Shown: positions 38,218 through 50,790, numbered from the stretch's first letter. The stretch: DNA of 64,000 bases from Vitrella brassicaformis CCMP3155 (GCA_001179505.1 CDMY01000287.1:1-64000); one strand, 5' to 3'. Translations and numbers: made by a program. The notes: generated by a model not told the origin, from the letters alone.

Positions 38218-41200
38218 GGAGAGAGTTGCACAAGGGGAAGGACGATGTGTGTGAGTGAGGACGGGTACCAGAGTGGTAATCTGGGCAGTGGAAGACGTCA
38301 CACAGCTCGCTGTCAGGAGGAGGGACCTCTGCGACCTCTGCGACCTCTGTGTGCGCCGCCCCTGCCTCTGCTGCAGCACCTCTGATGTAAACCTGCACAC
38401 ACACACACACACACACAGAGAGAGAGAGGCAGCGCGGCACAGCAAGCGACTGACCTGCAAGAGCGCGCCAACACACTGGTTCCACATAGAGAAGAACGTC
38501 AGGGCACCGCGGGACGACAGCCCGCTGGGATACACAGCACCTCTCCTACACACACACACATACACCAGAGACAGGCAGAGAGAGAGGGAGGGATGACAAG
38601 AAACGGTTTGCTCACCTGCACATGGCGGAGAGGATCGGGTGCTCGCATCGGAGGTAGACGACGTGAGGCCGGTCCGGCTGCAAAGTGCTCGAGTCTGTCG
38701 GCAGTGCCACACACGCACACACAGACACAGACACACACACTCTGTCGGCAGTACATCTCTCTGTGTGTGTGCGTGTGTGCGTGTGTGCGTGTGTGTGTAT
38801 GTGTATGTGTGTGGAGCCGCCCACCTCTGGATGGCGTGGTGGTGCTCGGGGCGTCCGCGGCCGTGGCGTCGCTGTCACTTGCTGCATCGATCTCAAGAGC
38901 GATGTCTACTCAAGGACATACACACACACACACAGCGAGAGAGAGAGAGAGAGGACATCATCTCTGTGTGTCCCTCCCTCCCTCCCTCCCTCCCCTCCCT
39001 CTCTCCCTCCCTCTCGCTCACCTGTGCGCCTCTCCTTCTCTCTCTGTCTCCTCTCATATCGCCATATCATAACGGCGAGCACGCGGCCCTCCACACTGAC
39101 GTTGACCATGGGGCAGTGGGCGTCGGGCTGCCACCCACTGCCGTAGTCGACACCCCCGGCAGACGGGAAGGCGAAGACGATGTTGCCTGCACTCACACAC
39201 ACACAGAGAGAGAGAGGGTGGAGGGGGCGGAGGGGGGCTGAGAGGGTGAGAGGGGGAGGGGGCTCGGTATGTTCACCTGGGTGGTGTTGGGTCATGATGC
39301 CGATGACCTTGCCCAGCCCTCCCGCGTTGACCGACACGCCCTTCTCCGGGATGTGGTGCTCTGCACACACACACAAACACCCACGCACACACACACACAA
39401 TATCCCACCCATCCAACCATCCATCCATCCCTCCATGAGTACCAATGCCGCTGAGAAACACGCTGTGGCGCGTTACGGGCGGCATCGACGCCGGCCGGGC
39501 AGCTGACACCCACACACGCACACACGCACACACCCAAGCACACAGCCAATGTGGGTGTGTGCTTGTGTGGGGAGGTCACCGAGCTGTACCTCTTTCGTCG
39601 CAGCTCTTGACAGCACCCTCTCCAGACACAACAATCACGGGGGCCTTTTTGCGGCAGTGGGCCACCAGCAGAATCACGACGGGAATCAACACGTGGAAAC
39701 ACAGCCTGGCAATGCAATGCCGTCAGCCCCCCCACACACATATGGTGTGTGTGTGGAAGGGTGTGTGTGTGCAGGGTGCTTCACAGCTGCAGCTTACAGG
39801 AGCATGACGCCTGTTTTGGAGATGACGCTCGTCGACAGGTAGGCCGCAGAGGTGTGCAGGATCACGGCCGACTCCTCCCGCACAGTCATGTCTGTGTACC
39901 CCCCCAGACACACACACACAGACGACGTCCGTCCATGTGTGTGCATCAGCATCAATCGCCCACCCCCACCCCTCCCCCNNNNNNNNNNNNNNNNNNNNNN
40001 NNNNNNNNNNNNNNNNNNNNNNNNNNNNNNNNNNNNNNNNNNNNNNNNNNNNNNNNNNNNNNNNNNNNNNNNNNNNNNNNNNNNNNNNNNNNNNNNNNNN
40101 NNNNNNNNNNNNNNNNNNNNNNNNNNNNNNNNNNNNNNNNNNNNNNNNNNNNNNNNNNNNNNNNNNNNNNNNNNNNNNNNNNNNNNNNNNNNNNNNNNNN
40201 NNNNNNNNNNNNNNNNNNNNNNNNNNNNNNNNNNNNNNNNNNNNNNNNNNNNNNNNNNNNNNNNNNNNNNNNNNNNNNTCCCCCCCCCCCCCCCCACACA
40301 CACACACCTTTGATGCGCCCCTGCACATCGACATAAACCAGGGCATATGGCTTGCCGCACCCAAGAGAGCCCCGCCACCGAGCTAAAGCCAGGTCGCAAT
40401 ACACACCCTGCACACACACACACACACACACAGAGAGAGAGGGAGAGATGCTTCGGGGTGTGTGTGTGTGTGTGCACACCGGCGGCAGCTGTGTCTCGAA
40501 GGTGTAGTCCGTGGCGGGCTCCTGGCCGAAGTTGATCACCAGCCACCTGCAGAATGTCATGCGTGTGGCCCAGTGGGCGTCGTTGCCTGTGTGTCTTTGT
40601 GTGTGTGTGTGTGTGTGTGTAGGTATACCCTCTGTTCCACGGAAAGCGGTCGTTGCCGCGGCCAAATGAGAGGAGGTTCTGCTCACAGGGTGTGTGTGGA
40701 TGGATGGATGTGTGTGTGTGTGTGTGTGTGGATGGGGCGGCAAGCGTACCTTCTCTATGTCAGGTCTTCTGTGTCTGGGGTGTGCGGGGATGTACCGGTT
40801 TGTGTGCTCCAGCGCCACATAGTCCTTCAGCTTCTCACGCCACCCTGCACACACACGTACGTCTCGCTCTCCCTCTCTCCCTCTCTCTGTGTGTGTGTGT
40901 GTGTACCTGCCATGTTGCCAATCATGGGCAGCCTGTGCTCGCAGTTGAAGTGCAGCCCATCGTCGGACAGACTAGGGGTGGTGTCCCAATGACGCAGCCG
41001 AGACCTGCCAGCCACCCCACACACACACGTGCATGGTGCGTCTTTTGTGTGTGTGTGTGTGTGTGTGTGTTGGGAGCACTTCATCACCGAATGCTGTGCC
41101 AGTTCAGAGACCCGCCGGCAGTGTCGAGACGGTCGTAGTCGAAGCACAGCACCCGACGAGTGCCGCCTTTGCCCGTCCTCGGCGGCCCCACCCACCCCCT

Positions 41201-43970
41201 GGTCTCTTCGACACGGCCATCCGCCAGACGAATGTACTGCCGCGACCACTCGTAGGACGACAGCACCCTGCACACACAGAAGGAGAAGGACCTGTGTGTG
41301 TGTGTGTGTGTCTGTGGATGTGGATGTGGGTGTGGCTGTGGGGTGTGTGTGTGGTACCTGGGAGTGCCGTATGGCATTGCGAGGGTGAAGACGTTGGCCA
41401 GGGCCCAGAGGTTGGGGTGGTTGTAGGATGTCAGGGCGTCAAGCTGACACACACCCACACACACTCACAGCATTCGTTGTGTGTCTGCAGCAAAGGAATG
41501 AACGAACGGGCACCTCGCAAGAGTCGAGGGGCGTGTACGGCTCCTCCCAATGCTCCTCGACCTTCGACACGCCGCCACCACCTACACACACACACACACA
41601 CACACAGAGCTCACAATGGGTGTGTTGTGGGTGGATGGCTCCACGCTACACACACACTCACTCAGCGCGTTAGCCGGCTGTCTGAGCGCCATTTTGGCGA
41701 GCTTGGTCGACGGTGGCTCAGAGAAACCGATACCTAATTGGATGGATGGATGGCCCCAAACAACACAACACAACACCCTTATTGTAAGGATGGGCTGATC
41801 GCATACCTACCGAGTCGGATGCGGTTGAGCCCCGTCGTTGCGACTGTCTTGTGACCCAGGGCCGCCACATTGCCACCGATGGCAGTAGTACCACCAGCAG
41901 AGGTGTGGGTGCGGTTGGGCCTCACTGCATAGGCATCGGCAAGTGTGTCGGTCTCCAATATTGGCACCACCTGCACAGAGAGAGAGGGAGGGGGGGGGGA
42001 GAGAGAGTGCCCATCGCCCATTGCCCGTTGCCACACATCCATACACACACACACACACACACGGACCTCTCTGTCTCTCCACTTGCAGATAATCGGCGGC
42101 CTGGGCATAAACTGCAGCCGCTCATTGTCGTGGTTGGTCACAAACAGCAGCGCGCTCTCGTACGGCAGGAAATTGGCCCGCCCGGAGAAGGGCAGCATCG
42201 CCGGCGGCGAGAGGTACTGCGGCAGATACTTGAGCGGCGGGCACTCGGAGGGGTCCTGCCCCTGACAGACACACACATGGGGGAGGAGTTGCGTCCACCG
42301 TGCACCACACAAGGCACAGAACAGGCGCCCACAGACGACGCACCTGTGTGAGCCTGCTCCGGAAGCACAGCATCAAGCCGGTAATCCGCTCGCTCCAGTC
42401 GAAGAAGGTCACGTGGCCCAAGCGAGAGTAGTCGCTATACCGAAGACCAGCCTACACAGCCCCCCCACACACAGGCCAACCCTCCTCAGTGTGCAGAAAC
42501 AGACACACAGACAGAACAGACAGATAGACAGACAGACAGGCTCTCACACACACGCACGCACCTTCGGGCGAGGGTCAGACACCTCGAGCAAGAGCCTCGG
42601 GCGCGCCTTATCGGTGCAGGGGGGAAAGGCCACGCCAGCTCCCGTGCGAGCGACGATGTCGGCTGCCGGACGGACACACGCACATAGCACACAGACACAC
42701 ACGTGTGTGTCTGTGTCGAGGGGTGGGTGCGTGGGGGTGGGGGGGAGGGTGCACACCTCTAACAACGGGGGCGTTGGATGTGCAGTCGTCGAGCCCGAAA
42801 AGCTCCTCCAGGTCTTCGTCCCACATGTGCTTGGCTGACACACACACACACACACTCACACACACAGATGTCCCCCCCACGACACAGACAGCCTGTGGGT
42901 AGACGTACCAGCGTCAACACGGAAGCCGCTGATGCCGAGGTGCAGCAGCTCGCGAATCGCACGCCGCTGCAGAGACTGCACCTGCGACATCCACCAATCC
43001 GCAGACGCACACACACATATATATCGACGCACACACGCGTGTGCAGCCATACCTTGGGCGACGCTGTTCTCAGGTCCGGCAGCCCCAGGAGGCTGCAGTC
43101 TTTGATTTTCACCGGATCAATGTCACTCGGCGGGATGTAGTCGACACTGCCAAAGCAACAACAAAGGCCGTGAGGGCGTATGGCGCATCACCCCAACCAC
43201 GGTAGGTCCGCCCCGCCCACCTGCACTCGTGGAAGTCGTTCTCGGTCAGATTGAGGTCGGGGTAAGACAGCAGCGGCGCACAGGCGCGGATATCGGGGTT
43301 GTAGGCCTTCTGTTCTCGAGAGCACGCCGCTGTCTGCTGCTCCCCACTCCCACTCCCAACAGCAGCTGTGTCGCAGCACCGAAACGCCGCCAGGTTGTTG
43401 AGGACGATGTCGGCTATCACCTGTATGCCGACATCGGCGCATTCCTCGACGGTCCGTCTGAGGGCGGCCACATCGCCGCTGCGCGAAGTGAGGTTGTATG
43501 ACATAGGCTGGTACCTCTCCCACCTAAACACACACACACACACACACGCATTCAGAAGAGCGTCCTCTCCGTGTGTGTGCCACTACCATGGGTAGCTGAT
43601 GGCCTCGCCCGTCGCAGAGGGGATGCCCTCGACAGGCAGCAGCGACCGATGGCTGTGCACAGGCGACAGCTGACACACACCAAACCATATAGGGGACAGC
43701 GTCTTGGTCGTGTATTGGTTGTGTCTTGGTTGTGTTGCGTTGTGTCGTGTTGCGCACCTGCACGGCTTTCCAGCCGTCCTTTGCCAGCGTCGGGCACTCT
43801 GCTGCGATGTCGTCGTAGGGCCACTCAAACAGTTGCAGCACCGCCCCCTCCCAGTAGCACCACACAGGGCAGACACAGACACACAACCACAGCCACGCAC
43901 ACGACCACACACACACACACGGACACGCAGACGACCACAAAGCACCAGCTGCCACGGCGGCCACCTTCAT
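31426..43970 (-). CDS. AGS1: Alpha-glucan synthase-like multidomain membrane protein: GH13 alpha-amylase domain - TM - Ags1/Mok1-type GT5 synthase - Ser/Pro linker - multi-pass TM domain (many exons, three N-gaps in introns)
   Basis: Amylase motifs: LQLFEWPYDDIAAEC, AVQLSP, YPWWERYQPMSY, IADIVLNN, GFRVDAAKHM, LLEVSDP, FVTNHDNER, AMPYGTPRVLSSYEW...GWVGPP, CEHRLPMIGNM, LPPGVYCD. TM GVMLLLCFHVLIPVVILLVAHCRKK. AGS-type synthase motifs: VNAGGLGKVIGIM, FPSAGGVDY, FFSMWNQCVG, FHCPDYHSGLAPLY...LHNGEYQG, FVGRWVHQKGIDLIADV, LVCIGPVGDAYGEYA, MPSRSEPFGYVDVEFAWRG...VGGLGKVPGFYF, SFPLYPWQHRL. Then many hydrophobic exons to ...SQNRRM* at 31426. Exact start uncertain. Confidence 0.88.
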
Positions 43971-44474
43971 ATACCGCTCTGAGCGTCTGTCTGTCTGCCT
44001 GACTGTCTGCCTATTTCTGCCACCTGCGAGTACACAGAACAGACAAACAAAGAGACTTACCTACTCAATCTCCACAAATACAACACAACACAGTACAACA
44101 CAATACACAGCTGCGACGGTGCTTGACGGTGGCCGTCCTGATCTGCCTGTATCTGCTGTGCCTGCCTGCCTACACCTTCAGCTCCAATCTGCGCTGCCCT
44201 CCCTCTTTCAGGCAGATCACGCCGCTCACGACCGGCGCCCGCCCTCTTCTCGGCAGCGCTGATGGGGCAGACGCAAAAAGAGGGGGAAGAACAGACCCGG
44301 CAAGCTAAGCTCGCAGCTGAGCTTGCAAACCTCCAAAGAGAACAGAAGCGGATGGGTTAGTTGTGTTGGGTGAGGCGTGTGGGGCGAAAGAAATCATCAC
44401 ACAAAGGTGAAAGTTGCGCCGGCAATCGAGGCGTGGACACTATTTGTTCGATTGTTGTGCAGTAAGTGGGAGCG

Positions 44475-46284
44475 ATGCATCTGAAGGGGAGCGGCAACGA
44501 GACCAGCGACCGGCTGAGGGACCTCGCCACATCAGCCGTCCTGGTATGTGTGTACGTATGTCTGCAGGCAGAGAGAGAAAGAGAAAGTCATGGATGGATG
44601 GCATGGCATCAGCATTGCTGTCTGTCTGTCTGCGTGTGTTCAGGAGAAGGCCATTGAAGACCGCCTGAAAAAAGAAGAGAACAGAGGTAGGCCTACGCCG
44701 AACATACAGTCCCGCTTCACTCCTTAACGCGTCTGTGCCATCGATGGGTGCAGGTGCTGCCCAGAGTGACGCCGGTGTGGGGGGTGTCAAGCGGCAGGCA
44801 GACAGCGATGAAGGGGCGACAGATCACGGTGCGTTCGTGTCAGCACATGTCGGGCATTAGCTCGTGTGCGCATGGATGGATGGATGGATGGACCCATGCG
44901 TGTGTGTATGGCGTCCAGGCGACGATGCTGAGGACAGTGAGCTGAGCCGGCTGAGGGAGAGGCGCATACAGCAGATCAAGGTGAGCTCACACACACACCC
45001 GGTTGTTGGCGCGGGTCTAGATCGGTTGTTGGCGCGGGTCTAGATACATGTGTGTGTGTGTGTGTGCGCGTATGGATGGATGGCTGCAGGCAGCAGCGGC
45101 CGACAGGAAGAAGGAGAGCGAGATGGGCTATGGCGAGTACACGATGATCGACGAGGAGGACTTCCTCAACACCGTCACCAAGTGCAAGAGATGCGTAAGG
45201 ACAGACACACAGACAGACAGACAGACAGTGTGTTGGATTCATTGCCTGTCCGTGTGCAGGTCTGTCACTTCTTCCATCGGGAGTTTGAGCGGTGCAAGGT
45301 AAGGTGAGCCCCCTGACCGTGTGGCGACGTGCAATCACCGGTCCATTATCTGTGTGTGTGTGACTGTGCNNNNNNNNNNNNNNNNNNNNNNNNNNNNNNN
45401 NNNNNNNNNNNNNNNNNNNNNNNNNNNNNNNNNNNNNNNNNNNNNNNNNNNNNNNNNNNNNNNNNNNNNNNNNNNNNNNNNNNNNNNNNNNNNNNNNNNN
45501 NNNNNNNNNNNNNNNNNNNNNNNNNNNNNNNNNNNNNNNNNNNNNNNNNNNNNNNNNNNNNNNNNNNNNNNNNNNNNNNNNNNNNNNNNNNNNNNNNNNN
45601 NNNNNNNNNNNNNNNNNNNNNNNNNNNNNNNNNNNNNNNNNNNNNNNNNNNNNNNNNNNNNNNNNNNNNCCCCCCCCCCCACACACACAGATAATGGACC
45701 GGCATCTGTCGGTGCTCGCGCAGCAGTATGACAGAACCAGGTTCATCAAGTGAGCCAAACCGACACCACCCAGCGGTCCGTGCACACACATTCATCCATT
45801 CACACGCTTATACGTGTAGGATGGACGTCACGAAAGCCCCGTTCTTTGTGGCCAAGCTGGCCATTCGCACTCTGCCAACCGTGGTACAAACACGCGCAGC
45901 AGGGCGTCTGTGTGTGCACCCGAATGTGTGTGAATGTCTGTGTGAGCCGCTGCAGGTATTGTTCGTCGATGGCGTGGCTGTCCACCGCATTGTGGGCTTC
46001 GAAGAGCTCGGCGGTGCGTAGCGACACAAAAGAATGGCTGCTGGCTCCTTCGACCCAATGTGTGTTGGCTGTTGTGTGCAGGTGTGGACACATTCAGCTC
46101 TCGGCAGCTGGCCAAGATCATGCACAAACACCAAGTCATCACACAAAAGGCATGAAATGATTGTCCACATATACACCCTCCGATGGGTTGATTGGATGTA
46201 TGTCTGTCTGTCTGTCTGTGTCTGAGTGTGTGTCAGCTTGTGGGCGATGAGAGCGGGCGGTCCAATGGCGACGACGAGAACTGA
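44475..46284 (+). CDS. TXNDC9: Thioredoxin domain-containing protein 9 / phosducin-like protein 3, multi-exon
   Basis: ELSRLRERRIQQIK, GYGEYTMIDEEDFLNTVTKCKR-CVCHFFHREFERCKIMDRHLSVLAQQYDRTRFIK, APFFVAKLAIRTLPTV, FVDGVAVHRIVGFEELGG-VDTF. The last exon and stop are approximate. Confidence 0.88.
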
Positions 46285-46485
46285 CTGGCTCAATGGCTGG
46301 CTGATGTGTGTGCTCGTGAATCCCACCACACACACACACACACACATACGGGTCTCTGTGTATACGCACATGTTCACCAGCTTCATGAGATGGTGCACAT
46401 AGTGCATTGGCTGGTCCCCTTGCTCCACATATAGCACGCGGACCATCTGGTGACCAACTGGACCATCTGATGAAGCTGGTGAGCG

Positions 46486-46575
46486 TTCATTGTGAATACT
46501 GACCAACCGTCGACGGGGATTAAATGCCTTCATATACACACACCAACACAACACACGCATCCAAATCTCTCTCTG
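46486..46575. repeat. ~90-bp diverged direct repeat; partner at 52587-52675
   Basis: gttcattgtgaata(at)actgaccaaccgtcg...attaaatgccttcatata...caacacaacacacgcatccaaatctctctct is present at both sites. Confidence 0.9.
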
Positions 46576-46804
46576 TCTCTCTCTCTCTGTCTCTCTCTCG
46601 CTGTACACTCTGACACAACGCAGCGGGGTGCACTCACAGCACGCTTCGAATGGCGCATCAGGATGCGACGATCCGTCGAAAAGCAAACAGCAAATTCGAC
46701 ATCACCACGCCTGTCTGTCACTCAGTGAACCTATCACACACAAAGAGACAAAGAAAGAAAGCCCCCACCCATCCCGCATCCACAAACTCGTCAGTCAGTC
46801 AGGA

Positions 46805-46840
<36 letters not shown>

Positions 46841-47502
46841 AGAAGCGGCTCAGAATTGGCCTACGTGTCCGTCCAGGAAAACCAGCGGGGAGGGGAAGAG
46901 CAGACAGAAAGAAAGGGGCGCAGGGAGGGAGGCCAGCGAGCACGTGTGTTGTGTGGGCCACGGGCGGCCTGGCTGGTTCGTCCGTCACCACTCGCCTGCC
47001 TCCCCACCCTTTCTCTCACAGTACACAAAATCACACACTACAGAGGGGGAGGAAGAAGAAAAGAAAAATGCGACGTCTGTGTGTAGTGTGGTGTGGTGTG
47101 GTGTGTGCGGTGATGGAAGAGGCGTGACCTTGAAGGTGGCCTCTCCATCCCCCCCACTCCCCTTGGCGACGCGGAGCCCCTGCTTCCTGTTCGAGCGCTT
47201 CAGCAGCAGCGACTTGGGGTGGTGGGACAGGAAGGAGGCCATGGAGAGCGGCTCCCACATGTCGTCCTTCTGATTCAACCAAGCGCTGACCATGACCGGA
47301 ACTGCACTCACACACACAACACAACACAACACAAGACATAAGGCACACCACACACACGTGAGGAGCGGAGAGAGACACGGAGAGAGGGTGAGTCTGTGTT
47401 GTGTGTGTGGTGTGGATCTATCTGCCGTGCGCTACTAGCTTGCCCACGCAGGTACGTACCCGCCACATTGTGTGCGTCGGCGAGGGCGGCGCAGCAGCCC
47501 AT
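46560..47502 (-). CDS. Hypothetical protein with MGCC N-terminus (predicted dual acylation)
   Basis: MGCCAALADAHNVA | VPVMVSAWLNQKDDMWEPLSMASFLSHHPKSLLLKRSNRKQGLRVAKG...ATFK; phase-1 GT-AG intron fits. 3' exons uncertain. Confidence 0.5.
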
Positions 47503-47903
47503 GAACTGCTTGTTGCGTGTGCGTAGTGTGTGTGTGAATGTGTGTGCCGTTCGTACACAGACACAGTATATACGTGTGCGTGTGTGTGTACGTTCGTGCG
47601 TTCGTGAGCGAGGGATGTATTGAATCGATCACGCACAACTATCCCTTGCTCACAAATCAGCAAACAACGCATCAGTCGATCTGGTGTCGGTCTTGTCCCA
47701 TGCCGTCCATCACGAACAAGACGGTATGTGTGGCAAGAAGGTCCATTGCTCGACTGAGTCTCCCGACATCCATCTGGCGTCTGGCGTCCCAATCAATTGA
47801 AAAAGGAACACGACTAGCCACTTCATGCATCTATCCTGGCGTGGCTGCCTCCCTCCCTCCCTCCCTCCCTCCCTCCTGTCGTGGCTGTCTGCCGATGCAA
47901 TCG

Positions 47904-48459
47904 CTACTTGTCCTGCAGCAGGGGATCCGTCACCAAGGCTGGTTGCTGCGGTCTTTGCTCAACGGGTGGCAGCAGGCGGCTCCCCAGTGCTTCAAGCCTC
48001 CTGACACACACACACACACACACGAGTGGTGTTCATTCGGCAGGTCTCAAGTCAGTCACTCACCTGAGGCGGGCCTCCCCACCCCACTTGCGCAGCAGGT
48101 TTTCTCGAAACTGTCGCGCCATCCGCAAGGAAATCATGCCACACCTCTCGACGAACGCCTTCCGATACTCGTCCTTGATCGTCTGCACATACGGACACAC
48201 GCACCCAGGACCACCTGTGTCTGTCTTCGTGTGTACGTTGAGCTCATGCGTGTGTGTGCGCACCCACCCCGTCTTCGTTGAGTACGGCGTCGAGAAGATG
48301 TATGTGCTTCATCCAGAGGTTTGAGGTGTCAAGGATGCACGGCAGCTCGTCGTCAATCGAATCAATGGCCTTCACCACCCTTTTCCAAGCATCCCAGTCC
48401 TCCTCGCTCTTCGGATATCTTCCCTCAGGTTCTCTCTTGCTCCACTCGCAGCCCATCAT
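47904..48459 (-). CDS. Paralog of the MGCxxS small protein at 20946-21510
   Basis: (M)MGCEWSKREPEGRYPKSEEDWDAWKRVV...NEDG | TIKDEYRKAFVERCGMISLRMARQFRENLLRKWGGEARLR | RLEALGSRLLPPVEQRPQQPALVTDPLLQDK*. Same intron positions, intact frame. Confidence 0.75.
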
Positions 48460-48599
48460 GGTACCGCTTTTTCCTCCGGAGGGGTTTCACGGATTGCGAG
48501 CTGAGCGGGAATGGGGTGGCTGTGTCGCCTCAGACCCCGCGACAGATGGCGCGTGTGGGACTTTCATATGAAGCACGCAAAGGACATAGAGCTGAGATT

Positions 48600-49229
48600 T
48601 TTCATGCTGAGACCGAAAGAGCTGAGGGTACTCACAGCGCTCGTGCGGCGGAATGACGTCTCATCGTATCGAGATTCTGTACGACGTATCCGCCGTGTTC
48701 AGCAGTGGCGGGTGTCACCGTAAGCTGCGCTCTCATCCACCCAGCCACCTGCATCCATCCATCCCGTCTGTCTGCCTGCCTGTCTGTCTGTCTGTCCTTG
48801 TGTGTGTAGGCTGTGAACGAATGCCTCGCAGGGGCCTCAGTGTTCGCGCTTATAATGGTCGCCATCATCTGCATCATCTTCTTCGTTCTCACTGCAGAGG
48901 AGAGCGTGGCCGACATGACAGACGCGGAGAAGACTCGACACTATTGGACGCTTGTCCTATTCCTCCTTACGGTGGTTGCATCCGCGGCCGGGGCTCTTGG
49001 CGTCTGGTGCACCACGTGCAAAGACCGATGCTGCCCTGATAATGGTGATGGTGATGATGATGATGATGGCGCTAGTGACGAGGAGATGCGATCTCTCATG
49101 GGTAACGGGTCGCCACCCCCAAGCGAGCCAGCCGCACAGGTCCCTCCCCACGTGGGCACAACATTTCACTTCCCTCAACCTGCCCCCTCCGCTGCGGGAG
49201 GTCAGCGTGCGTGTGAACTGGTTGTGTGA
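48600..49229 (+). CDS. Hypothetical small membrane protein (2 TM); degraded copy at about 60270-60520
   Basis: AVNECLAGASVFALIMVAIICIIFFVLTAEESVADMTDAEKTRHYWTLVLFLLTVVASAAGALGVWC.... The intron plus exon is repeated at 60.27-60.52 kb with an early stop. Start not resolved. Confidence 0.5.
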
Positions 49230-49941
49230 ATGGACGCACGTGCATTTTCATGTTTTCAGGCGTCTTCTCAGGCAATGGACCTTGAGTGGCTATTCCCTGC
49301 CTGACATTCTGCTCGTATGGTACACACAGTGCACTCAGACTATGGAGAGAAGCGCACACAGGAAACGTACACACGTGTGTGTGCGTACATGTGCGTCTGT
49401 CTTAGGTCGCATGTGAGTGAGTATATATGACCTTCCGATCGGAATCGAAGGGTAAGCCACTGTACGCAGAATAGACACGTACATAAGTGTTTGTGTGTTG
49501 GTCGATGCAGGTTTTGTGTCTGTATGTATACACACCGTACATGTACATAATTATGCGTGCGCGTACAAAGGCAGTCTGACTAGCCATCCGAACATACGTG
49601 CGCCATTGGATGGATGGATGGATGCAGAAGGGAACGTGTGTGTGTGTGTGAGGAAATGGATCGCATCGACAACACAGAACGGCAGGCTGACAAATGAAAC
49701 CACTTGCAGCACACGACCTGTCATGTCAGTCACTTGCACACTCTCTCACACACGCACATCCCAAGCGCACACGGTGTCTTGGGCATGCACACGTACTTGT
49801 ACCGAGCCGCACACACACCATGATGCGATGCACGCCAAACACCCCCCCCTCCTCAGGCATGTACGTGAATAAAGTGCTCAGCCGCACCGCACACTCTTAT
49901 ATTTTGGAAAAACGATGCTCGAGTGCGCATCCATCCATCCG

Positions 49942-50755
49942 TCAGCCGAGACGCAGAATGCCTGCACATCCAACACACCAACCACACAAGGGCTCGGTGT
50001 CCAGCCCCCCTTTTTGTTTGCCATCTCTCTCTCTCACCGGCCGCCGCTAGTTTTGATATGGCAGCTCGCACTTGGGGATCCTTCATTGCCCTGCACACAG
50101 ACACACAGACAGCCACACACAAGGCAGAGAGACTCCCACAAAGCAAAGCACCCAGCCCGTGTGTGCGTGTGGCGATGGTGGTCGCTCACTCTGCAGCGTG
50201 TTTGGGGTCTTCACTCATGGACTTGATGATGAGCTGCATCTGTGGGTCGCCGAGGATGCGCTGTATCTCGGGGTCCGCCATGGCGTGGGCCACCTGCTCC
50301 TGGTCGACCTCACCGCTTGTGGCAGTCTCCTGAACCTTCATCAACACCTGGAGAGGACACATACACACACGCGCACACAGAGGGAGAGAGAGAGGGAGAG
50401 ACGCCATGTGTGTCTGTTTGGCCCGTCTGTTGCTGTCTTGGTGGTGTCTGACTTGTTCCATGCCCTTGCGGAGCTCGTCGTTCTCTGGCTCAATCTTGAG
50501 ACCCTCCTGCACACAGAGATGGAAACGGGGAGACCTTTCTGGCGGAAGGAGTGGCGTGGGGCCATGTGTTGGTTGCTGGCTGACTGACCTGGTATGTGTG
50601 CATGGCCTTGTTGTACTCCTTCATGTAGTACTGACACTGGCCCTTCCGGATGATGGCCTTGACAAAGGTGGGATCCAACGCGAGACACTTCTCGCAATCC
50701 TGACAGACAGACAGACAGATGCACACACGCGGGCCACAGTTGTCCGTCTCTCTCC

Positions 50756-50790
<35 letters not shown>

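Noticed and set aside
36925-38736. 603-aa single-exon ORF
   Set aside because: It reads through several microsatellite introns (CVCV runs) and only partly overlaps true synthase exons; it is a by-product of the spliced gene.
45338-45703. Inverted repeat flanking the N-gap in TXNDC9 (ccggtccattatctgtgtgtgtg / cacacacacagataatggaccgg)
   Set aside because: Both arms abut a gap and copy the exon start; most likely a contig-end or gap-filling artefact.
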